Shown here: in pieces, positions 1-10,500 of the stretch
How positions within the stretch are numbered: the stretch's first letter is position 1
How the letters are laid out: every line of letters starts with the position of its first letter
Program-made: the position numbers and the translations under genes
The notes under the pieces: model-generated
Told to the model about the DNA's origin: nothing
Database searches by the model: none
Seen by the model: the letters and a program-made list of their open reading frames with translations, nothing else
Source: a virus
Taxonomy: Duplodnaviria; Caudoviricetes
Strand: one strand, 5' to 3'
IMG/VR virus record: IMGVR_UViG_3300021295_000003
Location: 32,001-96,000 of that record
DNA: 64,000 nt

Positions 1-101
1 AATATTATATGAAAAAATAGGGGTAGGAGTACCTCCTTTTAATTCGTAAATATCATCAAACCAACTTCGCAACCAAGAAATTAATCCAATTACATCTTGA
101 C

Positions 102-1235
102 TCATTGTTCATCTCCATAATAAAGTCTTATAGCACCAGTAGAGTCATCTGATTTAGGTACAAGTTCAATACTTGTAATACTATCCCCTTTTTGAGATAA
201 TGTAATATATTTAAAATCAAAATGGAAATAAGGAGAAGAAACCTCTTTCCAATAATATAATCTCCATTCATTGCCATAATTGACAATATACATTTCTTCA
301 TATCCCCAATCACTTGTACCTTGTGGCAAATCAATATAATCAACATAAAATACTTTTCTTTTTGCTAATTCAACAGTTTCAATATTATCAATTGCTTCTT
401 CGATTTTTGTATTAATTGTTGTTTGTGTTGAATTTACATATGTTCCAATTGAAGTATGTGCATTTGGGTCTGTTAATTCGTTAGTATTATGAGTATGTGA
501 GAAATCAGTTATTTGTGATTTTGTATGATTATGTGTTGCATTTGCAAAATCTGATGGTTGTTTGTTACTAAATGGATTATTATCTATATCAGACCAGTCA
601 ATGCTCAAATCATCAAGAATATCAGAGTCCATTTTATGCCATTCAAAATTATTCCCATCGGTTATGGTATAATAAACATTAATCTTACTATTTTCTGAAA
701 TAATATATAATCTTCCCATTGTACTGCTACTTGCAGTCGGTAAGGTTGAAACCACTTCAATCGCTTTAATACTACTTAAATTACCAATCGCAGTATCAAT
801 AGCCAAGTTAATTGTAGTTTGACTATCTCCTAAACTTGTTCCAATATTATTTAACACATTAACCTCATAAACCTCATCAGTCTTATGAGTATGTGTTTTA
901 TTTGCTTTTTTAGCCAGTTCAGTATTTATTACCTTATTCTGTAAAGGATTAGTGCTTGTACTTGACAATGCACTATCCACAACAGTCTTATTCGCCTCTG
1001 CCTCAATATTCGCCAATTTAGACTTCTCTGCACTTGTATAATCCTCTGTGGACAAACCTTTACCAGTAACCTTATCAACCTTATTATCAACAGTTGATTG
1101 CAAAGCAGATAAATTACTATTAGTTGTCTGCAAATCACTAACATTCGCCTTATTATTCAAAAAACCAGTTACTTCGGTCTTATCATAAAACCAACCCTTC
1201 AACCAAGTTATAATCCCATTTAAATCAACACTCAT
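102..1235 (-). CDS. Tail fibre-like protein
   Basis: KVDKVTGKGLSTEDYTSAEKSKLANIE segment and HxH repeats (THTHK, THNHTK, SHTHN) typical of phage fibres; last gene of tail operon, followed by a hairpin and T-run near 12-40. Confidence 0.65.
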   Translation of the reverse strand: MSVDLNGIITWLKGWFYDKTEVTGFLNNKANVSDLQTTNSNLSALQSTVDNKVDKVTGKGLSTEDYTSAEKSKLANIEAEANKTVVDSALSSTSTNPLQNKVINTELAKKANKTHTHKTDEVYEVNVLNNIGTSLGDSQTTINLAIDTAIGNLSSIKAIEVVSTLPTASSSTMGRLYIISENSKINVYYTITDGNNFEWHKMDSDILDDLSIDWSDIDNNPFSNKQPSDFANATHNHTKSQITDFSHTHNTNELTDPNAHTSIGTYVNSTQTTINTKIEEAIDNIETVELAKRKVFYVDYIDLPQGTSDWGYEEMYIVNYGNEWRLYYWKEVSSPYFHFDFKYITLSQKGDSITSIELVPKSDDSTGAIRLYYGDEQ

Positions 1236-1237
1236 AC

Positions 1238-1621
1238 TTAATCACCATTTATATTAATCTGTTTAACACTTAACAACTTTTCAACAATCGCAGTATTTAT
1301 TCTGATAGTATCATCTTGCCCACTTAACCCAAATTGGAAATCCAAATCCACATCATAATCCTCTGTTAATTCGGATTTCTTCACATAATCAGATAAATCA
1401 ATACCCTCTCCTGTGATAGCGTCAAGGATTTTCTCATCAATTTCTCCACTATCATAATAAATAGAAAGGATTTCGTCGATAGTTTGGAGGTTTCCTGCAC
1501 TATCGACAAATTTGGTATCCTCATTGTATTTCACTACGTTTGCAGTTTTCCCATCGATACGATATAAATCGTGGAATAATTTATCTATGTCTTTACGGTC
1601 TTGGAACTCACCGTTCATCAC
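1238..1621 (-). CDS. Hypothetical tail-region protein
   Basis: 127-aa ORF tightly packed in the operon. Confidence 0.6.
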   Translation of the reverse strand: MMNGEFQDRKDIDKLFHDLYRIDGKTANVVKYNEDTKFVDSAGNLQTIDEILSIYYDSGEIDEKILDAITGEGIDLSDYVKKSELTEDYDVDLDFQFGLSGQDDTIRINTAIVEKLLSVKQININGD

Positions 1622-1745
1622 TCACCACCTCTAAAATGGTTTTGCAAGAGTCATCGTGCCTTGCTTGACAATTATACCTTATACAATAACCGAAAAACTC
1701 ATCGTGCTTAATATAACTTCTGCATTTTCTACAAAACTTATCCAT
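1608..1745 (-). CDS. Small Cys-rich protein (MDKFCRKC...)
   Basis: AGGAGG RBS precedes ATG at 1745, so the true start is downstream of the ORF-track start; CxxC plus further Cys. Confidence 0.55.
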   Translation of the reverse strand: MDKFCRKCRSYIKHDEFFGYCIRYNCQARHDDSCKTILEVVSDER

Positions 1746-1761
1746 AATTGATTTTCCTCCT

Positions 1762-4700
1762 TTATGCGTCCCAAATATAAATATCAGGGTCTTCAATAGG
1801 TGAAGCGGTTCTACCAAAGTAAGTCTTATCGCTTCTTGCTTGTTTACGTAACGCCTCTTGCTCCTTACGAATACGAAGATAAGGTTCTATCTCATCTAAA
1901 CCAATTTCAGTTTGAATTTTAGGTATCTGACTATTCTTATAAGTTATCTTAATACTTTCAACAGTTTTTACATCATTCAACTTCCTATAATTAGAAACCA
2001 CTTGTACCAAATCCCCCAATTCTAATTTAGGAGCATACGGTACAACAATTGTATAAGTATACTGCTGTTCAGGATTATAATCCGCAGTATTCCTTGCATT
2101 GAAATACGCTTCCTTACTACCCGTCTGCTCACTAATAGTCTGTAAAGTAGTCTTCTCACCATAATTCAACATACTACCAATATCCGCAGTATCAACATAC
2201 TTATACTTATTCGCAGTATCCTTAAACACACAAATACTCTTATTCCTTAAAGTAGACACAGGAGTATACGTAATATTCGACCAGTTCAAAATATTATTAT
2301 TGTCCCCTTCCGTTGCCTCAAATTTAATTCTATTATCATTATCAACACGGAAATGGATACGGTCATCGCACCTATGTTGCTCATAAGTCATACTAACCAA
2401 ATACTTTGACTGCTCCACAACAGTACCCAGCATATCAATAACAGTCTTACCACAGCTTTGCAAATCAGTAGGGTTTAACGGTTGTCTATCATCAAAAATA
2501 ATCTGATATAAATTCATTTTACAACTACTATTATCCTTTGTAGACTTATCACTTGTATACCAAGTAGTTTTATCTTCTTCGGTTTTTGTCTTTATTTTCG
2601 GAGCTATGATTTTAATACCTTGCAGGTATATACGCTGATTAGGTTCGTTATCTGCAAACCAGTTTTTCAAGTCTACACTTGTTTGGCGTGTTGCATTGTT
2701 CACCCAAACCGCAGACAATCCACTTACATCATTGTTAGTTCCTGCTTTTTGTGTAAAGTTCAAATTAACAGTCTTGGTTTTTGCTTTAAAGGATTGAGTA
2801 GTGGAATAAATGATTTGAATGTAACCTTGAAGAGGAGCGTCTTTATCGTATCCATAAGTAGATGTTGTAGTGGTGGTATTTGTTGATGTGTTACTTCCTT
2901 TTGTTGTTACATTTGCGATATTTCCTCCTTTATACTCTTTGTAAGGTCTATCTTTCAAGTTCGCTCCTTTGGTGGTGTATAACATATGATTTAAGTTATA
3001 TTTAGCATAAGGAAACCTACTCCACCCATTTTGAGCGTTTTTATAGTATACTTCTTGATGTGTACTGCTTTGACTTGTTGAAAACTCATAAATTCTACAA
3101 GCAACTTTATATTTCTTTAATTCTGTGAAAATCAAATCAGAAAAAGCGTGACAATCCCCTTTACCTGATTTCTTCATTGAAGAGTAAGTAGCACTTGTTC
3201 CTCTTTCGTATTTGTATTTTTTAGCAATCTTTGCAACTGATTTTAATACGTCATCACTACTTACTTTTACTCCGGATTTTGCTACTCCTGACATTTCGCC
3301 ATTATGGAGTTTATTCTGTTCGGCTTTACTTGATTTAACAGGTCTTTTAACATATTTTAAACGTTTACTGTAATGTCCGTCCTTATCCCAACCTGTAACA
3401 GAACAGAAATCGGCACAACAGTTACTACAAGTAATCTCTGTTTCACTTATGTTACCCCATTCACGTTTACTATGCTTGTAATGTCCGCAATGAACACAAT
3501 CTGTGTCTTTACGTCCACTATCCCAAACGAGCTTACCTCCACAATGAGGACACTTGTTCTCAAAGACTGTACGATAAATCTGATGGTAAGGATAAGTGTT
3601 TTTACCTTTCCCAACACTTCTTTGACCAATAGCCATCAAATACTTACCGTCTTGGCTTCTTCCACATTTACCAAACTTCTGACTTCCCGCAGCGTTTTCA
3701 GAATTATCTACTTGTTCAATGGTAGTGTTTTTCTTTTCTGATTTGGTCGCACCTAAACCATAGGTCATATGGAATGTTAAGTGATTTGTAATGTCTATTG
3801 GTTTTTTAACGTGTTTTTCTGCATTGTATAGTTCAAAGACTTGTTTTTTCTTTCCACTTGCATTGTTACGTAGCATTATACTGTTTTTATTAACTTTGCT
3901 TGTACAATTTGTAGTTTTGATTTTTTTAATGTCTTTGTTTTTACCGAATTTAATTGCTTTTGCAGTAGAATACTTTTCCCCTGCTACAAGATAGTTTTTA
4001 CTAATGTTACTGTCTAATGTTACTTCAAATACATCGCAAATGTATTTTAATGCTTGTCCGTAGTTTTGGAAGTTGATTGGATTGTAGTATTCCCATTCTG
4101 TATCGGCAACAGTTCCTTTTAAGATTAAAAGACTATCCAAGATGTATTTATTCTCGCCATCTTGTAAACGGTCAGCACAACTAAATTGCAAAGTTGTACG
4201 GTCATCATCAAGTTTAACAGTAGAAATATAACCTCCAAAACGCCTAACAACTTCACCATTAAGTTTATCATTGACACGGTAATAAACATTGACTTCGTCC
4301 ATATAATCCATATAAAAACCGCTACGGGACAATGGATTGTCGAAAGTTTGGCTATATGAAACGGTGAAAGAAGCTTCACTTGGTTTAACCATATCAGAAT
4401 GGGTCACAGAGCATTCAGTAAGTGACAAGTTTGTCCCTGCACTATCAACATTATCACCTGTGAATAGTTTTATTTTACGTATAATCACGCCGACGAAATA
4501 ACAATTAACAGGAACATCAATAGCAAGTTTATGATTACCCTTTTCACCCATATTCACGTATAGTGTTGTACGTTTTAGGATATTTGGTTCACCATCAAAG
4601 TTTAACCTGTCCCCTGCTAAACGTGGAGTTTTAACAATCTTATTTTTTAATTTGGTTATTAAATCTTTGACTTTTTGAACTTCTGCTTTACTTAATCTTT

Positions 4701-5241
4701 TTGCTTTCTTAACAGCGTCATCATACGCTTTTTTATCGGCTTTTGTTTTTTTAGATTTGTTATAAACCTCTTTTGCTTTTTTAAGTTTCTTTTTATAAGT
4801 TAAGTCTGACGCTTCTTGAACTTCTTTTAATTTTTTATTGTAAGCAGTTAAATCTTTTAATGATTTACTAATTGTTGCAGAGTTCTTATAAGTTACTTTT
4901 GAAGTAGTATGAGTGAGAGTGTATGCTCCCACGTAATCACTACTGTTTTTATTCTCATAGAGAATGTCTATACGATAATCCCCACTTTCAAGACAATTAT
5001 AATCCATCTCCATAGTGAAATGACTTTGTTTATCTTTTGACTCAAAACAAGTTAAGTGTCTATGACTTACTTTTGAATGGTTCTCCCCTTTAAAGTCATA
5101 ATTACCGTTATGATAAGTTTTAGTGAGCTTATGCTCATAACTAAATATTTCTACTCCGCAATATTCGTGTAGAGGTCGAAACACTTCTTCTTTGTGTCCT
5201 GTCCAATCACGATATATATGTTCTGATACCACAAAAATCAC
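1762..5241 (-). CDS. Tail hub / tail-associated lysin with Cys-rich domain and transglutaminase-like (pseudomurein peptidase-like) domain
   Basis: Hub-like FGGYIS...LQFSCADRL N-part and LELGDLVQV C-part; internal FENKCPHCGG...EITCSNCCADFC and GDCHAFSDLIF...STHQEV motifs. Confidence 0.65.
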   Translation of the reverse strand: MIFVVSEHIYRDWTGHKEEVFRPLHEYCGVEIFSYEHKLTKTYHNGNYDFKGENHSKVSHRHLTCFESKDKQSHFTMEMDYNCLESGDYRIDILYENKNSSDYVGAYTLTHTTSKVTYKNSATISKSLKDLTAYNKKLKEVQEASDLTYKKKLKKAKEVYNKSKKTKADKKAYDDAVKKAKRLSKAEVQKVKDLITKLKNKIVKTPRLAGDRLNFDGEPNILKRTTLYVNMGEKGNHKLAIDVPVNCYFVGVIIRKIKLFTGDNVDSAGTNLSLTECSVTHSDMVKPSEASFTVSYSQTFDNPLSRSGFYMDYMDEVNVYYRVNDKLNGEVVRRFGGYISTVKLDDDRTTLQFSCADRLQDGENKYILDSLLILKGTVADTEWEYYNPINFQNYGQALKYICDVFEVTLDSNISKNYLVAGEKYSTAKAIKFGKNKDIKKIKTTNCTSKVNKNSIMLRNNASGKKKQVFELYNAEKHVKKPIDITNHLTFHMTYGLGATKSEKKNTTIEQVDNSENAAGSQKFGKCGRSQDGKYLMAIGQRSVGKGKNTYPYHQIYRTVFENKCPHCGGKLVWDSGRKDTDCVHCGHYKHSKREWGNISETEITCSNCCADFCSVTGWDKDGHYSKRLKYVKRPVKSSKAEQNKLHNGEMSGVAKSGVKVSSDDVLKSVAKIAKKYKYERGTSATYSSMKKSGKGDCHAFSDLIFTELKKYKVACRIYEFSTSQSSTHQEVYYKNAQNGWSRFPYAKYNLNHMLYTTKGANLKDRPYKEYKGGNIANVTTKGSNTSTNTTTTTSTYGYDKDAPLQGYIQIIYSTTQSFKAKTKTVNLNFTQKAGTNNDVSGLSAVWVNNATRQTSVDLKNWFADNEPNQRIYLQGIKIIAPKIKTKTEEDKTTWYTSDKSTKDNSSCKMNLYQIIFDDRQPLNPTDLQSCGKTVIDMLGTVVEQSKYLVSMTYEQHRCDDRIHFRVDNDNRIKFEATEGDNNNILNWSNITYTPVSTLRNKSICVFKDTANKYKYVDTADIGSMLNYGEKTTLQTISEQTGSKEAYFNARNTADYNPEQQYTYTIVVPYAPKLELGDLVQVVSNYRKLNDVKTVESIKITYKNSQIPKIQTEIGLDEIEPYLRIRKEQEALRKQARSDKTYFGRTASPIEDPDIYIWDA

Positions 5242-5850
5242 CTATATTGGTTTAATATTTGTTGTTTGTTCTGTTTGATAAATAAATTCGACAAATAAGT
5301 TCTCTGGTTTATCGGTTAAAGGTTCGCCCTCAATGTGAGGTGCTAAAACAGTTAAATCAGTTGCAGACAATACATTAGAAGTGAATGGCTTACGTTTCGG
5401 TCTAATAATCTGCAAATAATTACCATTAGCAGTATAAACATTCACATAACTATTATTAACAAAACCAATGTCCGCTTCTACTAAATCATCATTAACATAA
5501 TGGTAATCCTCAAATTCTCCATTTTGGAACATCATCTCGGTGAAATAACACGGATTATCATCATCAACATTAATCAAGACTAATTCTAACTGTATTTGAT
5601 AAATCTCTTCTAAATCGGCTTCGGATAACTCGAAACTATCGTGATAACTACTCCAAGTTTCATCAATAGCCCACCTACTTCCAGTATAGAAAGGGTTATT
5701 GATTTCGTTCCCCTCGTAATCAAAGCAATGGAGAATATAATACATTACAGCGACTGTTCTACATTTTAAATAGTTCACAGAGAATGTTATTGTCCCTGCT
5801 TCCATCTCGTGATTTTGTTTTGGGAATAAAATATGTATCTCATCTTGCAT
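5242..5850 (-). CDS. Putative tail protein
   Basis: 202-aa beta-rich ORF abutting its neighbours in the tail operon. Confidence 0.55.
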   Translation of the reverse strand: MQDEIHILFPKQNHEMEAGTITFSVNYLKCRTVAVMYYILHCFDYEGNEINNPFYTGSRWAIDETWSSYHDSFELSEADLEEIYQIQLELVLINVDDDNPCYFTEMMFQNGEFEDYHYVNDDLVEADIGFVNNSYVNVYTANGNYLQIIRPKRKPFTSNVLSATDLTVLAPHIEGEPLTDKPENLFVEFIYQTEQTTNIKPI

Positions 5851-5853
5851 AGT

Positions 5854-7560
5854 TTACAACCTCTTGATTTTCAAATAATTAAATGTTACAAAACTGGAAA
5901 CGAACTTTTTGTCCACTGCGGAGTTTTGAGCAGGTTCAGCCATCAAGAAAGAAGTTACCCCACTTATATCCCCTGAAAAAGATGTAATTAATACACTATT
6001 ACGATAGATGTAATATGTACCATTCTGATGTCTAAACCTTACCACATCATTCGCTTTTACAGAAAACCCATCTCCCATAAAGATAGAAAGTAAAGCATTC
6101 TGATAAGTAACATTTTCCCAATAATAACCTTGACCCTTTGTTTTTTTCTCATTAAATACAGATTGGGCTTGAACAACACTTAAAGACACTTCAAAATCAA
6201 TACTCAAATCCAAAGCAACACTAATAGAAGACCCATTCGTTAATTTATAACCTGTACTCAAACTCTGCAACGAACCATTAACATTAGTATACTCTTGATT
6301 ATAAGAAACACCACTTGCTCTCCAATACTGCAAAACATCTTCAATAGTCAAACTGCTTGAACTACCTGTAATTGCTGCGGAAACATTCACATCACCTGCC
6401 CCTGATCCGTTATATTGTTTGACTATTAAACCATCTTCACTTGTAGTATATGTTCCACTTATCGCTCCTGTGAAATTCACAGGGATTGGAGTTTCTGCTC
6501 CTTGTACAGTTGCAGTAATAGTTGATTGATAGTTTTGAGAAGTAATCAAAGTATCAGCGGTTAATGAAACAGTAACATCAGGGTATAATACAATAGTAAT
6601 ATAATCTGAATAATAAGTCACATCATCAATAGTTGTAGGTAATCTAAATGTCCATCTCCTTTCAGAAACAACAGATGCAGGTTCGTGAGGGTATGGACGA
6701 GATATATTTACTTCTCCATTGCTATCAGTAGTAACGTCCCATATTGTTTGGTTTGCTATACCTTGTCCAAGATAATTCTCCAATCTTGCACGGATATTCA
6801 CATTTTCAAAATTAACAGAATAAGGAGAATAAGATAATATTTGTATAAGGTATCCTACACTTATATTGAAAGTTAATTCACTTGCTCCGCTGTGTTCGTC
6901 ACCTTCAAAATTAATTCTAATGGTATGACTGCCATCAGTTAATCCATTAACTTCAAGAGTTGTATTCCCTCTATCGGTATTAGCTGGGAGAGTAATATTA
7001 GTTGTACCTTGGCTTACATCATCAATAAACCATTCAACAGATTTAACTTCTGCCTTAACAAAAGATTGTCCACTTACAAATTCAATAGGTAATGAGAAAG
7101 CTGAATTTGGAGTATAATTAACGGTTGAGTCATTATATCTTCTAATAGTGGAAGAATAAGCGTCAGGAGTTGGTTCAGTAATAGTTATAAGTCTTGATTT
7201 ACTTCCAAGACAACGGTCATTGCCTTTAAACCTTGCACGGAGATTATGCTCAACATCATAATTCAAATGAACATTAAACGTAAGTTCAGGGTCTTCTTCG
7301 CTCCAATCAATCATATCTGTTTGTAATCCTCCAACGAAAATAGGTATAGGTTCGTCATTATCGTAAACAATAATGTTACTTGTTCCTTTTTCCCCTACCA
7401 CATCAACGGTGAAAGTTTGAACCCCATACTCAATCCTACTATTAGAAAAAGAAACAGGAGTTAAAGTAATGTCAGTTGATTTCGTATAACCAACATCACC
7501 TAAAACCTCAAAAGCTTCTTTTTTTATTTCATAATCGTAGTAAGTTTTTATTCTTGCCAT
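5854..7560 (-). CDS. Ig-like domain tail / adhesin protein
   Basis: Ig-like motifs LRARFKGNDRCLGS, GSHTIRINFEGDEH, TTDSNGEV. Confidence 0.6.
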   Translation of the reverse strand: MARIKTYYDYEIKKEAFEVLGDVGYTKSTDITLTPVSFSNSRIEYGVQTFTVDVVGEKGTSNIIVYDNDEPIPIFVGGLQTDMIDWSEEDPELTFNVHLNYDVEHNLRARFKGNDRCLGSKSRLITITEPTPDAYSSTIRRYNDSTVNYTPNSAFSLPIEFVSGQSFVKAEVKSVEWFIDDVSQGTTNITLPANTDRGNTTLEVNGLTDGSHTIRINFEGDEHSGASELTFNISVGYLIQILSYSPYSVNFENVNIRARLENYLGQGIANQTIWDVTTDSNGEVNISRPYPHEPASVVSERRWTFRLPTTIDDVTYYSDYITIVLYPDVTVSLTADTLITSQNYQSTITATVQGAETPIPVNFTGAISGTYTTSEDGLIVKQYNGSGAGDVNVSAAITGSSSSLTIEDVLQYWRASGVSYNQEYTNVNGSLQSLSTGYKLTNGSSISVALDLSIDFEVSLSVVQAQSVFNEKKTKGQGYYWENVTYQNALLSIFMGDGFSVKANDVVRFRHQNGTYYIYRNSVLITSFSGDISGVTSFLMAEPAQNSAVDKKFVSSFVTFNYLKIKRL

Positions 7561-7564
7561 ATTA

Positions 7565-10500
7565 TCACTTCTTCGCTACTGTTTCGTGGAAAGTCCAAGT
7601 TTTCTTTTTCAAATTCTTATCTCCGGCATAGGTTACTTTGTATGTCTTATATCCTGCTTTGTTAATCAAGAGATAAGCATTTCCGTTATCATTTGTTGTT
7701 TTTGTGTAACGTTTTCCCCCGTGACTGATAACAACTTTCTTCTTTGCTAATGGATAACCCTGTGGGTCTTGCAATTTAAATTTTGCTTTTGCTCCTTTCT
7801 TTCCTGCTCCGGTGAAAGTCATTTTAGGTGTGCCTTTGGATATAGTTATGTCACGTGACACGGAAGTGAGCATAGGCAAAGTAGGGTCATCGTATTGATG
7901 AAATCTTGCTCTAACGGTATGTTTTCCAACAGTCCAACGTCTAAACTGGTCTAATCGCACCTCATTGTTTAAATTCAAGTCTTTCAAGTAGATTTTACCA
8001 TCTTTATCGGTTGTAGCAGTCCAAACTCCTCCGTGAGGTAAATCTCTTTGAATGAGTTTCCCTTGTACGGGTTGTCCTCCTTTGGTTAATCTCCAACTCC
8101 AATTTGGCATTTCCATATATGTGGATTTTGTTGGGAGATTTAGGATTTCCAATTTATATGCTCCTTGCGGATCAGTAGAAGAGGAATTGTCTTTGTATTG
8201 TTCTGGTATGACGGTTATTTTGTCGGTGTATGCTATTCCTTTGTTTCCGTTTCCTGTGTAGACTGCTCTGACTGTGTGTTCTTTGTTGTCTGGGAATATT
8301 ATTCCGAATTTTGGTGTTGTTACCAAATCCGTCATAATATATTTGCCATTTTCATCTGTTTGAGGTGTATTGTTTAATACAGAAATGACTTCGGATACTT
8401 CTCCATCGATTAGAATGATTACTCCATCGTTTATTATATCATTTGACCCATCAAGTGTCCAAATACTTACTTGGTTATTGTATATTTTAGCACTTGGGGG
8501 AGTCAATGATAATGTCGGGTTGATAGTAACATCAGGATTACCTGTATCATCAATGACAAGACAATTACTATTAATATCTCTACTACCCACACAATCAGGC
8601 AGCATATTTTGATGGTTAAGCAAATCCCAAAAGATTGGAATGTCTTCGGCTTCACCATTCACGCTTTCAGCCCAAATTTGTGTCCATTTAGTATGGAATT
8701 TCAAATCTTCATTTGGGTGTTTGATTAACACGTAAGGGTGTCCTCTATACATTGTATAAACAGTTGTATCTGCTACAATCTCTATTTTATCATCAGAAAA
8801 TGCTCCAATACTGAAATCAGTATGAATACCTTGTAATTCTGCAACATTAATATAACTGTTAGATTGCACATCATATTTAGACAAGTACAATTCACCATTT
8901 AAACGATTAAAACCAAGTCTAACCAATCCATTATCTAAATAGAAAGTAGAATAACTATTATCAAGACTAAATAATGAACTTCCAACTTGATTTTCAATAT
9001 CTACGCCACAGAAATACATATAGAACGGTTCTTGTATATATGTGAAGTTATTACTGCCATCATCTTTGAAATAATAGATAGTTCCTTCATTACATTGACG
9101 TGTAAATAAAACCTTTTTATCAGGAATAGGGAATGATGAGATGTACATTCCTGCATAATCGTTCGCATAATCACTTGTAATCATTGACTCTGCCACTTCA
9201 AAGTTAAAGAAGTGTAAAACGTCAGCAGTATCTCCATCGGTGTTTAAGTTTTGGAATTGTAAGTCATAATAATAGTTTTTAGGAAGTAATTCTGTACTGA
9301 AAGTTATGGATTTACCGTTATAACCCTCATCAGTAACTGTTAAGTTGTTTTTGTTGATATAGAAACGTACTGATGACCCATACACGTAATCGTTGAATGC
9401 GAAGATTTCCCCATCATCAGTATCATCGTCATCATCAACATATAAATCTTCTTCGTCTTCTTGTACAACCTCATATTTACCAGTTTCTTCATTAAAGACT
9501 GTTTTTAACTGTAAACTTTCAACATCAACAGATAATAACAGTTCTTTATCAATAACTTCTTCCCAAGACCCATCTTCCAACAAGCGACTTGCTTTAACCA
9601 TACAAGTGAAATACTCTGTATCAGTATCAAACTCATAATTGTAATATTGATATTTAAATAATGGAGTTCCCTTATCATCGGTGATGTAGATTATTCTTTC
9701 GATATTATTTTCTTTATTTTCTTCAATCTTTGAACTGTTCCAAGTTAAATGAATATCTGCTTGTTCAGGTAAAGTTTCATTAGATTTAATACGGATATGT
9801 TGCTTATTATCCATTGTGATAATTGTACGAAGGTTCTCATCGATTTCTTCCGGTTCTTCGTCCTCTTCAACATCAGCGTATTTGTCATAAATGTAAACTC
9901 CATCGGTATCTACATCAAAATAACCGCTACTGGTGACTGGTTCTCCGTCTTCGTCAAGATAAGTGTATGTGGCAAATTCTTCTCCACTTTCAAGAACGTT
10001 AATAGTCATTTGAGGCATTTCCGCAGGAGTAGAGTCTTTTGATTTCTCAATACTAAATCTTGTATTGATATTATGAGTCAAGTAACTGACCTCTAATTCC
10101 CCATCATAGTATAAAGGATTAGTTTTACTTACTCCTTTAACTCCATAAAGTTCAACCCAACCCCTATGGTTCAATACGTCCCCTTCAAACGCTTTCGGAA
10201 CAAGATTAACAGGCACAGGCTTATCCACTTTGGTTAAACCTTGCAAAGTAGTCCAATCACGTGGAGGCAGTTTGATTTGAAGACTAATGTCCTCATCAAT
10301 TTCACCTTTTTTACCCATATAGGTTTTGTTTTTATAACTTTCACGTAATAAATCGTTACTGTAATCAGATTTAGGTTCATAATGACTTGTATGTACTGGA
10401 ACACACCCAATATAAGCAACTTCGTCCCATTTATGAGCTTTAAGAGTACAATCCCCTTCAATCATCACACTATCATACGGATTAACCGCAATAGGCAAAA

